Positions 1 through 10,000 of a stretch of 64,000 bases of DNA are shown piece by piece. The stretch comes from Myxococcales bacterium (GTDB lineage: Bacteria > Myxococcota_A > Polyangia > Polyangiales > DASUME01). Position numbers and translations under genes: made by a program. Position 1 is the stretch's first letter, and every line of letters starts with the position of its first letter. The notes below the pieces were generated by a model. It did no database searches. It was not told where the DNA came from and worked only from the letters and a program-made list of their open reading frames with translations. The DNA is taken from NCBI GenBank assembly GCA_047601445.1, contig JASGJH010000001.1, positions 7,168,001 through 7,232,000 of the forward strand. Reading direction: 5' to 3'.

Positions 1-281
1 TCCAGCGTGCGTGCCCCCCAGCGTTCGCGCCGCTCCCGACCGAGCAAGATCTCCACCTGCTGGGTGACCTGAAACAGCCCTTCCAGCCCGCCGCACCACG
101 CGATCCGGGCGGCCGCGTTCAAGTAGTCAGGCTGCGGCGGACCGAGCGGTGGTGTCTCGTAGAGCTGCGAACGTGCCACGACACGCAGGCCGGGCTGACC
201 CGCGAGGAGCTCCAACGCGCAGCGGAGCAGCGCGCGTCTCGCGCCGAGGTTGCTGCCGAAGCCGAGGACCGCCTGGGGCAC
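1..281 (-). CDS. folK: 2-amino-4-hydroxy-6-hydroxymethyldihydropteridine diphosphokinase (HPPK), 3' end runs off the window
   Basis: Not in the ORF track. Manual translation of the reverse strand from GTG at 281 gives VPQAVLGFGSNLG...SQLYETPPLGPPQPDYLNAA...LGRERRERWGARTL, containing the HPPK motifs GSNLG, YET.P, QPDYLNA and RWG.RTL. Confidence 0.9.
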   Translation of the reverse strand, partial: MPQAVLGFGSNLGARRALLRCALELLAGQPGLRVVARSQLYETPPLGPPQPDYLNAAARIAWCGGLEGLFQVTQQVEILLGRERRERWGARTL

Positions 282-381
282 GACGCAGGCGATAGCATGG
301 GCGACGCCTCGCGCGCCGGTGCGCGGTGCGAGCGTCCGAGATAGGCTCGGGCCGGCCGTGCGTTTTCGGGACGAAGAACAG

Positions 382-1794
382 ATGTTGACCGTGGGCGGGT
401 TGAACCGGGCCGTGCGCCTGCAGCTCGAGCACACCTGGGGCGACCTGCGCATCGTGGGCGAGATTGGAGACCTCTCGCGGCCCGCCTCCGGACACCTCTA
501 CTTCACGCTCAACGACGAGGTCGAAGCGGCGCAATTGCGCGTGGTGATGTTCAAGAGCGACGTCCGGCGCAGCCGCGCTGTGCTCGAGAACGGTGCCCGC
601 GTGGCCCTGCGCGGATCGCTGACGCTCTTCGAACCCCGCGGGACGTTCCAATTCCAGGCGCGTGCGGCCCTGCCCGCCGGGGCCGGCCAGCTCAGTGCGC
701 ATTTCAAGCGTTTGCTGGAGAAGCTCAAGGCCGAGGGCTTGCTGGACCCCGCGCGCAAGCGCCCCCTGCCGCTCCTTCCGCGCTGCATCGGCCTCGTCAC
801 CAGCGAGCAGGGCGCAGCCATGCACGACGTCATTCGCGTGGCCCACGAGCGCTGTCCGGTGCGCATCGTGGTGTCCCCTTGTCTGGTCCAGGGCAGCGAG
901 GCGCCGCGCTCCATCGTGGTGGCCCTGCGCGCGGTGCAGCGCGTCCCCGAAGTCGATGTGGTGATCCTCGCCCGTGGCGGCGGCGGCGCCGAAGACTTGT
1001 GGGCGTTCAACGACGAGAACGTGGCGCGCGCCATCGTGGCCGCGCGTGTGCCCGTGGTCACTGGCATCGGGCACGAGGTCGACACCACCATCGCGGACCT
1101 GGTCGCCGACGTGCGCGCCGCCACGCCCTCCAATGCCGCCGAAGTGACCGTCCCCCAGCATCGCGAGCTCGAGGACCAGCTGGCCCAGCGCCTGCGACGC
1201 CTCTCGCGCGGCTTCGAGACGCGCCTCGCGCGCGAGCGTCTGCTGCTGGCGCGACTCGGCGCCAAACTCAAGCATCCACGCGCGCTGCTAGGCCGCGGCG
1301 AGCAGCGCCTGGCCAGCCTCGAGGAGCGCCTGGCACGCGCCATCCAGCGCCGCCTCACGCGCAGCGAAGCCCTGCTCGACGCCCAGAAACGCCGGCTGGT
1401 CCCCTGCGATCCGCGCACCCGGCTCTCCCTCCAGCGCAGCGGCTTCGAGCGCGCCCGTACACGCCTCGCCCTGGTGCGCCTCGGCATGTTCGCCCGCCCG
1501 CGTCGCCACATCGAGCAGCGCCAGCGCACGCTCGAGCAAAACATCGAGAAGCGCGTGCTGCGCGATCAGCATCGGTTCGCCTTCCTGGTGGGCCGCATGC
1601 AAGCGCTCTCGCCTCTGAGTGTGCTCTCACGCGGCTACGCCATCGCTTTCTCGGAGCGCAGTGGCAAGGCCCTGCGCAGCGCCGAGGAGACCGCGCCCGG
1701 GGAGCATCTGAGGTTGCGCCTCGCGTCGGGCGAACTCACCGCCCAGGTCCTCACCACCGCTCCGGACGTCCCATTGCCGAAGGACGAGTCCTAG
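382..1794 (+). CDS. xseA: Exodeoxyribonuclease VII large subunit
   Basis: Motifs GEI...SGHLYFTL.D, LARGGGG.EDLWAFNDE, GIGHEVD.TIADLVAD.RAATPS.AAE and LSPL.VL.RGYA. Start is ATG 382 or GTG 358; the track's start at 250 overlaps folK. Confidence 0.95.
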   Translation: MLTVGGLNRAVRLQLEHTWGDLRIVGEIGDLSRPASGHLYFTLNDEVEAAQLRVVMFKSDVRRSRAVLENGARVALRGSLTLFEPRGTFQFQARAALPAGAGQLSAHFKRLLEKLKAEGLLDPARKRPLPLLPRCIGLVTSEQGAAMHDVIRVAHERCPVRIVVSPCLVQGSEAPRSIVVALRAVQRVPEVDVVILARGGGGAEDLWAFNDENVARAIVAARVPVVTGIGHEVDTTIADLVADVRAATPSNAAEVTVPQHRELEDQLAQRLRRLSRGFETRLARERLLLARLGAKLKHPRALLGRGEQRLASLEERLARAIQRRLTRSEALLDAQKRRLVPCDPRTRLSLQRSGFERARTRLALVRLGMFARPRRHIEQRQRTLEQNIEKRVLRDQHRFAFLVGRMQALSPLSVLSRGYAIAFSERSGKALRSAEETAPGEHLRLRLASGELTAQVLTTAPDVPLPKDES

Positions 1795-1810
1795 GGGAAA
1801 CTCGCGCTCG

Positions 1811-2659
1811 ATGAGCGCCACCTACGGCATCCTCGGCTGGCCCGTCGAGCATTCTCGTTCCCCAGCCATGCAGAACGCCGCGTTCGCGGCCCGTGGGCTG
1901 GACGCGACCTACGTGCGCTTTCCGGTGCACCCCGACGACGTGGCCCAGGCCATCGCGGGGCTGCGCGCGCTCGGTATCCGCGGGGCCAACGTCACCGTTC
2001 CCCACAAGGAGGCCGTCATCGATCTGCTCGACGAGGTCACGCCCGAGGCCCGCGCCATCGGCGCCGTGAACACCATCGTGCGCGATGGCGAGCGGCTGCT
2101 CGGTCACAACACGGACGCCGAGGGCCTCACGCGATCGCTCGAAGAGGCTGGCGTGAACGTGGTCGGCAGCAACGTGCTGGTGATCGGCGCGGGCGGCGCT
2201 GCGCGGGCAGCGGTCGCCGGGCTGGCCAAGCGAGGGGCCGCCCGGGTCTGCGTGGCTGCGCGCCGCTTCGAGCAGGCAGGACAGCTGGTGGAGGCCCTGA
2301 GCGACGTTTGCACACCTTGTCCCCTCGTGGCCTGCGATCTCTCACCGCTGACCCTCAGCGAGGCCATGGCCGAGAGCCACTTGCTCGTGCAGTCCACGAG
2401 CGCGACCCTGGCCACCTCGCCCGATGCCGCCGCGTTCGCTGCGCTGCTCCCCCTGGAGCTCATGCCCGCCAAGGCCAGCGTGGTGGATCTCGTGTACAAG
2501 CCGCGCGAGACCAGCGTGCTGGCCAAGGCACGCGAACTGGGACTGCGGGGGGTCGATGGGCTCGGCATGCTGCTGCACCAGGGCGCCCTGGCCTTCGAGC
2601 TCTGGACCCACCTGCCCGCTCCGGTCGCCCAGATGCGGGCTGCCCTCGAGGGGCCCTAG
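1811..2659 (+). CDS. aroE: Shikimate dehydrogenase
   Basis: Motifs G.PV.HSRSP, NVTVPHKE, GAVNT, GHNTD, GAGGAARA, DLVY.P and GLGML..QG. Confidence 0.95.
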   Translation: MSATYGILGWPVEHSRSPAMQNAAFAARGLDATYVRFPVHPDDVAQAIAGLRALGIRGANVTVPHKEAVIDLLDEVTPEARAIGAVNTIVRDGERLLGHNTDAEGLTRSLEEAGVNVVGSNVLVIGAGGAARAAVAGLAKRGAARVCVAARRFEQAGQLVEALSDVCTPCPLVACDLSPLTLSEAMAESHLLVQSTSATLATSPDAAAFAALLPLELMPAKASVVDLVYKPRETSVLAKARELGLRGVDGLGMLLHQGALAFELWTHLPAPVAQMRAALEGP

Positions 2660-2837
2660 GAAAGGGTTAACGAGCGCCTTGCCAGCTTGGCAGCGTCGAC
2701 TCGGCGGTCCGTAGTCGGCTTGTCAGTTTGTCATCGAGGGCAGGCGAGCTCACGCTTTGAGAGCACCAGGATCCACGAATTGATTGGGCAATTGCGGAAG
2801 GCCATGCCTGGCACGCACGCTGCAAACCCCGTCTGTC

Positions 2838-3278
2838 GTGCGACCCATTGGAACGACCCTTCTGATTGCCTTCCTCAGTTTGAGCGGCGTGGCCGTGGCG
2901 GCCGACGCCCTGGTCACGACCGAGCGCGAGGAGCTCGACGGCTTCCTCGACGACGTCACGTGCGACAAGCCGGAGGCCCGCATCGAGGGCGCACTCGGCT
3001 ACGTGAACCCGAGCGTCGCCTCGGTGAAGCTCTCGGCCGATGGTTCGCTGCAGGAGTTCGCGGCAGGGGATAGCGGCCAACTGGCGGACGCGGTGCGCGG
3101 CGCCCTTGGCGTGTTCGACTCGTCGGACCAGGACCTGCTCCAGCACTCGGTGCGAGTCGACGGCAGCCACGCCACCGTCACCACGCGCATGGGCGACTCT
3201 GGCTACGAGCAGACGGTGATCTACGACCTTGTGCGCAAGGACGAGCGCTGGCTGGTGCGCTCGATGCGCGTGCTTTGA
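2838..3278 (+). CDS. Small exported or membrane-anchored hypothetical protein, possibly NTF2/SnoaL-like fold
   Basis: Hydrophobic N-terminus, acidic body, and a C-terminal V.VDG..ATV...YDLVRKDERWLV pattern resembling NTF2-like folds. The GTG start is inferred. Confidence 0.6.
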   Translation: MRPIGTTLLIAFLSLSGVAVAADALVTTEREELDGFLDDVTCDKPEARIEGALGYVNPSVASVKLSADGSLQEFAAGDSGQLADAVRGALGVFDSSDQDLLQHSVRVDGSHATVTTRMGDSGYEQTVIYDLVRKDERWLVRSMRVL

Positions 3279-3549
3279 CCCCGTTCTGATCCCGCGAACA
3301 CTACCCGCGAGACTGCTCTCGGGAGCGAGGTCGGCCTTCAGTCTGCGCGCAGGTGCGTGCCACGCCTCCCCCGGCTCGACGTGAGCTGCATGACCTACTT
3401 GGACCCCCGCAGGTCAGCCGGTTGGGCGCTAAGGCCATTGCATCGCGGGCAAGCGAACGTGCGATAATGCGCAAAAGCGCCGGGGTTCCGCTTCCATGGC
3501 ACCTCGCTCGCCTCGACATTGGTCCACGTTATCGTCGCGCTGAGAACAG

Positions 3550-5505
3550 GTGACATCTTCTCGAAACTCGAGTGCATCGGATCCCACTCGCACCCAGACG
3601 GGTAGCGGGGTCGGACGCACTACGTCGGGCGGGAAGGTTCCGCTGCCACCTCCGCCCTCGTCGCAGAGCACGGCTCCGCACACCACGAGCGGCACGCAAA
3701 GCACCAGTGGGCAAAGCGTGAGCGGTCAGAGCGTGAGTGGTCAGAGCACGAGCGGTCACAACCGCAGCTCGGTTACTGGCAGCGGCCCGAATCGCACCTC
3801 CGTCACCGGCAGCGGGGCTTCGCAGAGCGGCGGCGGCGGTTCGCGCAGTGGCGGGCGCGGTAGTGGCACGGGCGCTCCGTTGCTCGCCATGTGGAAGGAC
3901 ATGCACGGGCGCACGCTCGGCAACTTCCGACTCATCAAGCCCATCGCGGCCGGCGGCATGGGCGCGGTGTTTTTCGCCCGCAAGGAAGCCTTCGGACGCT
4001 TCAGCCAGCCTGCCGCGGTGAAGCTCGTCCATCCGCACTTCGCCAACCAGAAAGACTTCGTCGACATGTTCCTCGACGAAGCCCGCATCGCCTCCTTCGT
4101 GCAGCACTCCAACGTGTGTCGCGTGCTCGATTTCGGCGTGGCCGAGGGCACGTACTACCTCGCCATGGAGTACGTGCACGGCGAGACCTGGGGCGAGCTT
4201 TTCGCGCGCGCCTCCAAGGATGAAGAGAGCAAGACCGTGCTGCCGGTGATCGCCGCCTACGTGGTCTCGCAGGCTTGTGAGGGCTTGCACGCGGCTCACA
4301 TCGCGACCGGCGAGGAGGGGCAGCCGCTGCAGATCGTGCACCGCGACGTATCGCCCCAGAACATCTTCGTGGCCTACGACGGCACGGTGCGCGTGCTGGA
4401 CTTCGGCGTGGCGCGCGCTTCCGAGCGCCTCACCACCACGCGGGCCGGCATCGTGAAGGGCAAGCTCGCCTATATGTCGCCCGAGCAGGTGAGCGGCGGC
4501 ACTCTGGACGCGCGCGTCGACGTCTGGGCGCTCGGCGTCATCTTGCGCGAGGCCCTCGAGGGCAAGCGGTTGTTCCGCCGCGACAGCGATACGGAGACCC
4601 TGCGCGCCGTGGTCGGCGAGCCGTTGCCGCCCTGGTCCGCCGACGTCCCCAAGGACCTCGCGGCCATCGTGGACCGCGCGCTCGAGAAAAACGTCAACGA
4701 GCGCTACGCGAGCGCGCGTGAGATGGGCCTCGCCCTCTCGCGCTACGTGTCGGCGCAGGTCGTGCCCATGGGCAGCCCCGAGCTGTCGAGCTGGATGCAC
4801 CGACTGTTCGCGGACCAGTACGAGCAAAAGCGCGCCATGCTGCTGGCCGACAACGCGCCCGAAGAAGAGGATGACGCGGGCGATAGTGCGCCCGAGCTCG
4901 ATCTCGACCTCGAAGAAGACGCCGAGCCCACGCGTGCTCCGCTGGCGCGCGAGCTGCGCCAGCAACAACCTCAGCCGCAGAGACGGGTGGTTCAACCCAC
5001 TCTCTCGCTACGCACGGCGCGCATTCAACGGCGCCTGGGCTCGGGGCTCGTCGTGATGGGAGCGCTGGTGCTCGGCCTCGCCGCGCTCGTGCTGTACAAG
5101 CGACTCGGGCGCGACGATCCGCATACCGTGACCTTGGTGCGGCCTCCGGTTCCGGCGGTCGCCCCGGTAGTGACTCGAATCGTGACGAGCCCGAGTGAGC
5201 CTGCTTTGGCAGTCCCACAGGCTGCGCAGCCCGCGCCCAGCGACCCCGCAGCGAGCGTCGTGTCGAGCAAGCCCGAGAAAGACGTGGGCGCCGAGCCCGC
5301 CGAGCGCAAGCGCGCCACGCTGTTGATCGCATCCCCCTCGGGTTGGGCCGAGGTGTACCTGGGCAGCCGCAAGCTCGGCACTACGCCGGGCAAGTTCAAG
5401 CTGCCCGAGGGCACCCACACGCTGCTCATCAAGCCCTTCGGCAAGTCCCCTGGCTACACCAAAAAGGTCACCGTGTCGGGCAGCAACAACAAGCTCATTC
5501 TGTGA
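3550..5505 (+). CDS. Membrane Hanks-type Ser/Thr protein kinase with Ser/Gly/Thr-rich N-terminus and C-terminal PEGA-like domain
   Basis: Motifs GGMGAV, AVK, HRDVSPQN, DFG and YMSPEQ. One TM segment (LVVMGALVLGLAALVLY). C-terminal WAEVYLG..KLGTTP...LPEGTHTL. Start codon uncertain. Confidence 0.93.
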   Translation: MTSSRNSSASDPTRTQTGSGVGRTTSGGKVPLPPPPSSQSTAPHTTSGTQSTSGQSVSGQSVSGQSTSGHNRSSVTGSGPNRTSVTGSGASQSGGGGSRSGGRGSGTGAPLLAMWKDMHGRTLGNFRLIKPIAAGGMGAVFFARKEAFGRFSQPAAVKLVHPHFANQKDFVDMFLDEARIASFVQHSNVCRVLDFGVAEGTYYLAMEYVHGETWGELFARASKDEESKTVLPVIAAYVVSQACEGLHAAHIATGEEGQPLQIVHRDVSPQNIFVAYDGTVRVLDFGVARASERLTTTRAGIVKGKLAYMSPEQVSGGTLDARVDVWALGVILREALEGKRLFRRDSDTETLRAVVGEPLPPWSADVPKDLAAIVDRALEKNVNERYASAREMGLALSRYVSAQVVPMGSPELSSWMHRLFADQYEQKRAMLLADNAPEEEDDAGDSAPELDLDLEEDAEPTRAPLARELRQQQPQPQRRVVQPTLSLRTARIQRRLGSGLVVMGALVLGLAALVLYKRLGRDDPHTVTLVRPPVPAVAPVVTRIVTSPSEPALAVPQAAQPAPSDPAASVVSSKPEKDVGAEPAERKRATLLIASPSGWAEVYLGSRKLGTTPGKFKLPEGTHTLLIKPFGKSPGYTKKVTVSGSNNKLIL

Positions 5506-5535
5506 GCTGACGGTCGGACTGGGCGGTCTCGACGA

Positions 5536-6744
5536 TCAGATCCCGTAGTTGATCGAGACGCAGCCAAGGATGCTGTGACCGTGGTACGTCCCTGCGCCGC
5601 TCGGGTTGACGTCCGCCGAGACCTTACCGACCGTACCCCCTGAGTACCCGAGTGCGAAGTCCAGCATCATGGTTTCCCGCAGCAGCATGCCCGCGCCGGC
5701 CGAGAAGCCGTACAACAGGTCGCTGGGACCGATCTGCAGCTGCGAAGCGCCACGGTCGCTGGTAGCCGAGTTGCCGAGGTAGAAACCGCCTCGCACGAAC
5801 ACGTCGTCACGCACGGCGTACTCTGCGCCCAGGGTGCCGCGCACGGCGTTTCTCCAGCTGCCTGGTCTGCCCTGCGCGTCGTTCGCCGGATGGGAGTCTC
5901 GGTAGAGCCACACCGCGAAATCGCTCGCGAGCACGAGGCGCTGCTGCATGAGCCGGAGTTCGCCGCCGAACTTGAAGGTGTGCGGCAAAGCATACTCGCC
6001 ACTCGCCGAGCTCTTCTGAGTCTGCCCTGCGACCTTGACCTTGGTGTCGCCGTCGAGGCCTACCGTGACCTTGTTGCGATAGCTGAAGCCGGCGCGGAAC
6101 ATGTCGTTGAAGCGATAGCGAATGCCGACGGACACGCCTGCGAAATTCCAACCGCCGAGCGTGGTGCTGCTCTCGGTGAAGGTGGTGGTGGTCGGTGGCA
6201 TCGGAGGCAAGGGCACGTCGGCACTGATGCGCGCGAAGGTCATGCGATAGCCCGCCGCCAGACTGAGGTTCTTGGTGATGTTCACGGCGATGGGCAGCTG
6301 AATCTCGCCCGCGAAGGCCTTCGTGGACAGATCCTGACCCGCGAACGCGTTGGTGAACTTGACGCTGTAGCCAGAGAACACGTAGGTGGTGAAGCCCAGC
6401 ACGATGCGCTCGTGCACGCGGTAGCCCGCCGCCACGTCGCCGAGACCGCCGAGCTGCCAGTCTCCTTTCACCCGCTCCGGCTGACCGGTGGCCAGATTTG
6501 GGAACGGTGAGTCGATGCGCAAGAGCAACGGTATCAGCGTGCCCGTGACGCTCAGTCGTTTGACCGAGGCGAGGCCCGCCGGGTTTTGCCAGACCGAAGA
6601 GGCATAGTCATTGGACGCGACACCGACACCACCGAGCGCCATGGAACGACCGTCCGATAGGTACGGTGTCTCCGGATTGGCGCGCGCCAGCTGGGTCGCG
6701 CCTAGCCACAGGCAGGCCGCGATGAGTCCGACATACGTCCGCAT
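5536..6744 (-). CDS. OmpP1/FadL-family outer-membrane beta-barrel transporter
   Basis: Signal peptide MRTYVGLIAACLWLGATQLARA, the FadL N-terminal signature GRSMALGG.GVA..D.ASS.WQNPAGL, amphipathic strands and an aromatic residue near the C-terminus. Confidence 0.85.
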   Translation of the reverse strand: MRTYVGLIAACLWLGATQLARANPETPYLSDGRSMALGGVGVASNDYASSVWQNPAGLASVKRLSVTGTLIPLLLRIDSPFPNLATGQPERVKGDWQLGGLGDVAAGYRVHERIVLGFTTYVFSGYSVKFTNAFAGQDLSTKAFAGEIQLPIAVNITKNLSLAAGYRMTFARISADVPLPPMPPTTTTFTESSTTLGGWNFAGVSVGIRYRFNDMFRAGFSYRNKVTVGLDGDTKVKVAGQTQKSSASGEYALPHTFKFGGELRLMQQRLVLASDFAVWLYRDSHPANDAQGRPGSWRNAVRGTLGAEYAVRDDVFVRGGFYLGNSATSDRGASQLQIGPSDLLYGFSAGAGMLLRETMMLDFALGYSGGTVGKVSADVNPSGAGTYHGHSILGCVSINYGI

Positions 6745-7026
6745 ACTGTCTGCAGATGACTTAGCAGCCAAGCGCACGCATCGCGAACGAACTTCACGTC
6801 TGCGCCGGATCCAAAGCGCTCGGCGGTGGGTCGACGCGCGGCTCGCGGCGCGGCGCAAGCGCGACTGCTCCGCGGCAGTTCGACCGCATGAACAGCGCTG
6901 CGCGCGGGCGCGCGCCTCCAAGCGAGGGATCTCGGTGTGGGCGTCTCCAAGGCTGGATAGCGGAGCAGTGCGTGATCTCCCGCCGTTCTTCGAGGTTGCA
7001 CGAAGGCTAACAAAGGGGCCGCATGC

Positions 7027-10000
7027 TCACTCGCCCGTGTCATCCTCTCCGTGCGACTCGCTGTCCGCGGAGAGCAGTTCGCGTACGCGAGCGCGTAGCG
7101 CATCCACGGCGAAAGGCTTCGGGAGCAGCACGGTGCCGTCATCGAGCGTGCCCTTCGCCGACACCATGTCCTCCGAATACCCGGAGACGAACAGTGCCTT
7201 CAACAATGGCCGCTCGCGCGTCAAGGCCCGGTACAGCTCCCGTCCATTCATGCCCGGCATGATGATGTCGCTGATCAAGAGGTCGAGTGTTTGCCCAAGT
7301 TGGTGCGCAAGCACCAATGCATCGCCGGGATCTCCAACCGCCAGCACGCGGTAGCCGTCGCATCGCAGGATATCGGCGACCACCGAGCGCACGGCCGAAT
7401 CGTCCTCCACGACGAGTACGGTTTCGCCCTTTCCCTTGGGCTTGTCGTCCATGGCCGAGGTCGCGGCGGTGATTTGCTCTCCAGGGTCGTCGACGCGCGG
7501 CAGAATCACCTCGAAGGTCGTTCCCTTGCCGATCTCGCTGTGCACCGAGAGCTCTCCTCCGTGTTGTGCCACGATGCCGTGCACGGTGGGTAACCCCAGG
7601 CCAGTTCCCTTGCCAGGGGCCTTGGTGGTGAAGAAGGGCTCGAAGATCCTGTCCAAGGTGTCCGCGTCCATGCCGTGACCGCTGTCGCGGACGCGCAGCA
7701 CCACGCACGCTCCCGATGGCCCGTGCTCCCGATGCGCGTCGGAGGTCGACCCTCGAATGACGCTCTCCGTCTCGAGAACGAGCTGGCCGCCGTCGGGCAT
7801 CGCATCCGCGCCGTTGATGGCGAGGTTCATGATCACGCGGCGGATCTGAGAAGGATCGGCGCTGATTCGACCCACGTTCTGACCCAACCGCAGATCGAAC
7901 GAGACGTTCTCGCGCACCAGCCTCCTGAGGATCTTCTCGAATCGGCGCACCTCCTCGTTGAGGTCGATCACCTGTGGCTCGATGGCTTGTTGGCGACCGA
8001 AGGCCAGGAGCTGCTTGGTCAAGTCCGCCGCCTGGGCAGCCGCATCGCGGATCTGGGTCACCTGCGCGCGGGCGGTGGAGCCGGGCGGCATGGCCCGCGC
8101 GAGCAGCTCGGAGTAGGCGAGGATGGGCGTGAGCAGGTTGTTGAAGTCGTGCGCCACGCCGCCCGCCAGCCGGCCGATGGACTCGAGGCGCTGGGCTTGA
8201 TGGAGCTGCGCCTCCAGGCTCGTGCGCGCCGTCTCGGCCGCGCGTTGTTCGCTGATGTCCTGGAACGCGAGGATGGCGTAGCGCACCGCACCTTGCTCGT
8301 CGCAGATCGGTGTGCCCCAGGCGGCCACCGGCACGGTGCGATCGGGGAGCCGAAACTCCGCGTCGTCGATCATGGAGGTCTCTCCCTGCAAGGCGCGCGC
8401 AAGCGGACTGCGCTCGACCGGATAGGTCTGATCCGTGCCGGCCAAATAGACCTGGTATGTCTCGGCCACTTCGGCCACCGAGAGGTTGAGGGACGGCTCG
8501 AAGGGCTTTCCGCTGATCTCCACCGCGCGCTTGTTGGTGACCACGGGCCGCCCTTTGGCGTCGACCACGTACACACCGACTGGCATGCCCTCGAAGAAGT
8601 CTCGCAGCATGGCCTCGCGCTGCTTGAGTGCGAGATTGAGGTGCTGCGTCGAGTCGTAGAGGCGGGCGTTCTCGAGCGAGATCGCGGCCTGGGAGAGCAA
8701 GAGGTGCAGGACCTCGAGGCGTTGCTCCGTGAACACCCCAGAGGAGAGGTCGTTCTCCAGGAATAGGACGCCCGCGATCTGGTCGCGATGACGTAGCGCC
8801 ATGCACAGGACGGACTTGGCATGGTGCGCGATCACGTAGGGATCCGAGGCGAAGTCGCCGCGCTGCGCCGCGTCCGAGAGCACGACGTCTTCGCCGGTGC
8901 GCAGCGTGTAGCGGACGATGGCCTCCGAGACCAGGTTCGCCATGTCCTCATCGGCATTGGCAGGGACCAGGCGTGCGCTGCGCTGTGCGTCTAGGTGAGC
9001 CTCGATGCGCAGGCTGCCGTCGTCCGCAGCCAACAGCACGCCGCGCGACGCGCCCGAGGTCTGGACGATCACGCGCATGATCTTCTCCAGCAGCGCGGCC
9101 AGCGCAATCTCGCTCGAGAGGGCCTGCGACGCGCGCACCACGCTGACTGTGTCGAGCGAAAGGGGGGGAGCGGCAGCTTCCGCTTCGCGCGCGAGCTCGG
9201 GATGATCGTCTTCCAGCTGACGAACCTTCCCGAGGGCGCCCCAGCGCAGGTACCCCGCGCGGGCCGATTCCAGGTAGGTTCGTGCTATCTGGGAGCGTGC
9301 ACGTCGCCGGTAGGCGCGCGCCGCGAGCTCGGCTGCCAGCGCGGCGTGGTGTGAGTATCCGTTCGCTTCGGCTCCCTGGATCGCCTCGTTGTAGAGGAAG
9401 GTAGCAGTCTCGACGCGCCCCTCGAACTCCGCCAGCTCGGCGAGCACCAGCTGGTATCGATGTTGGAAGTTCATCGGTGCGCTCTCCGCCCAGCGTGCGA
9501 GCAACCGCTTCTTCGAGCGCAGCATGCGCCGCACGGCGCGACGGTCGAGCTCGCGATCGCGCAGACCCTCCACCAGGGCGAGGCAAGCGAAGAAGCCGTA
9601 CTCGGTGAGTCGGATCAAGGCCACGTTGCTGGTTTCGATCATGCGGTCGTGCTCGAGGAGGATGCGGACGGCCTCCCGAGGTTGCCCGAAGAGCGTGTGC
9701 AAGATGGTCTTGATGATGAGCAGGAGGCCGCGTGTACCCTTCGCCGAGATCGCCTGCGCCTCCGCGAAGATGTCCGACTCGGCTCGGTCGCCCGTGCTGA
9801 GGCTGGCGGGGCCCTGGGTCTCACCGTGCAAGCAGCGCAAGCACTGCCGGAAGATGCTTTGTTCCAGCGTCACCTGTTCGGAGCGAAACGAGCGTATCGA
9901 GCGTTCGCGTAGCTCGAGGTCCTGCAGCAGGAGTCCGACTGGATCCCCGAGCCAGATGCGGAGCTCCGTGAGGGACTTCGACGCCTGGGCCGTGTAGAAG

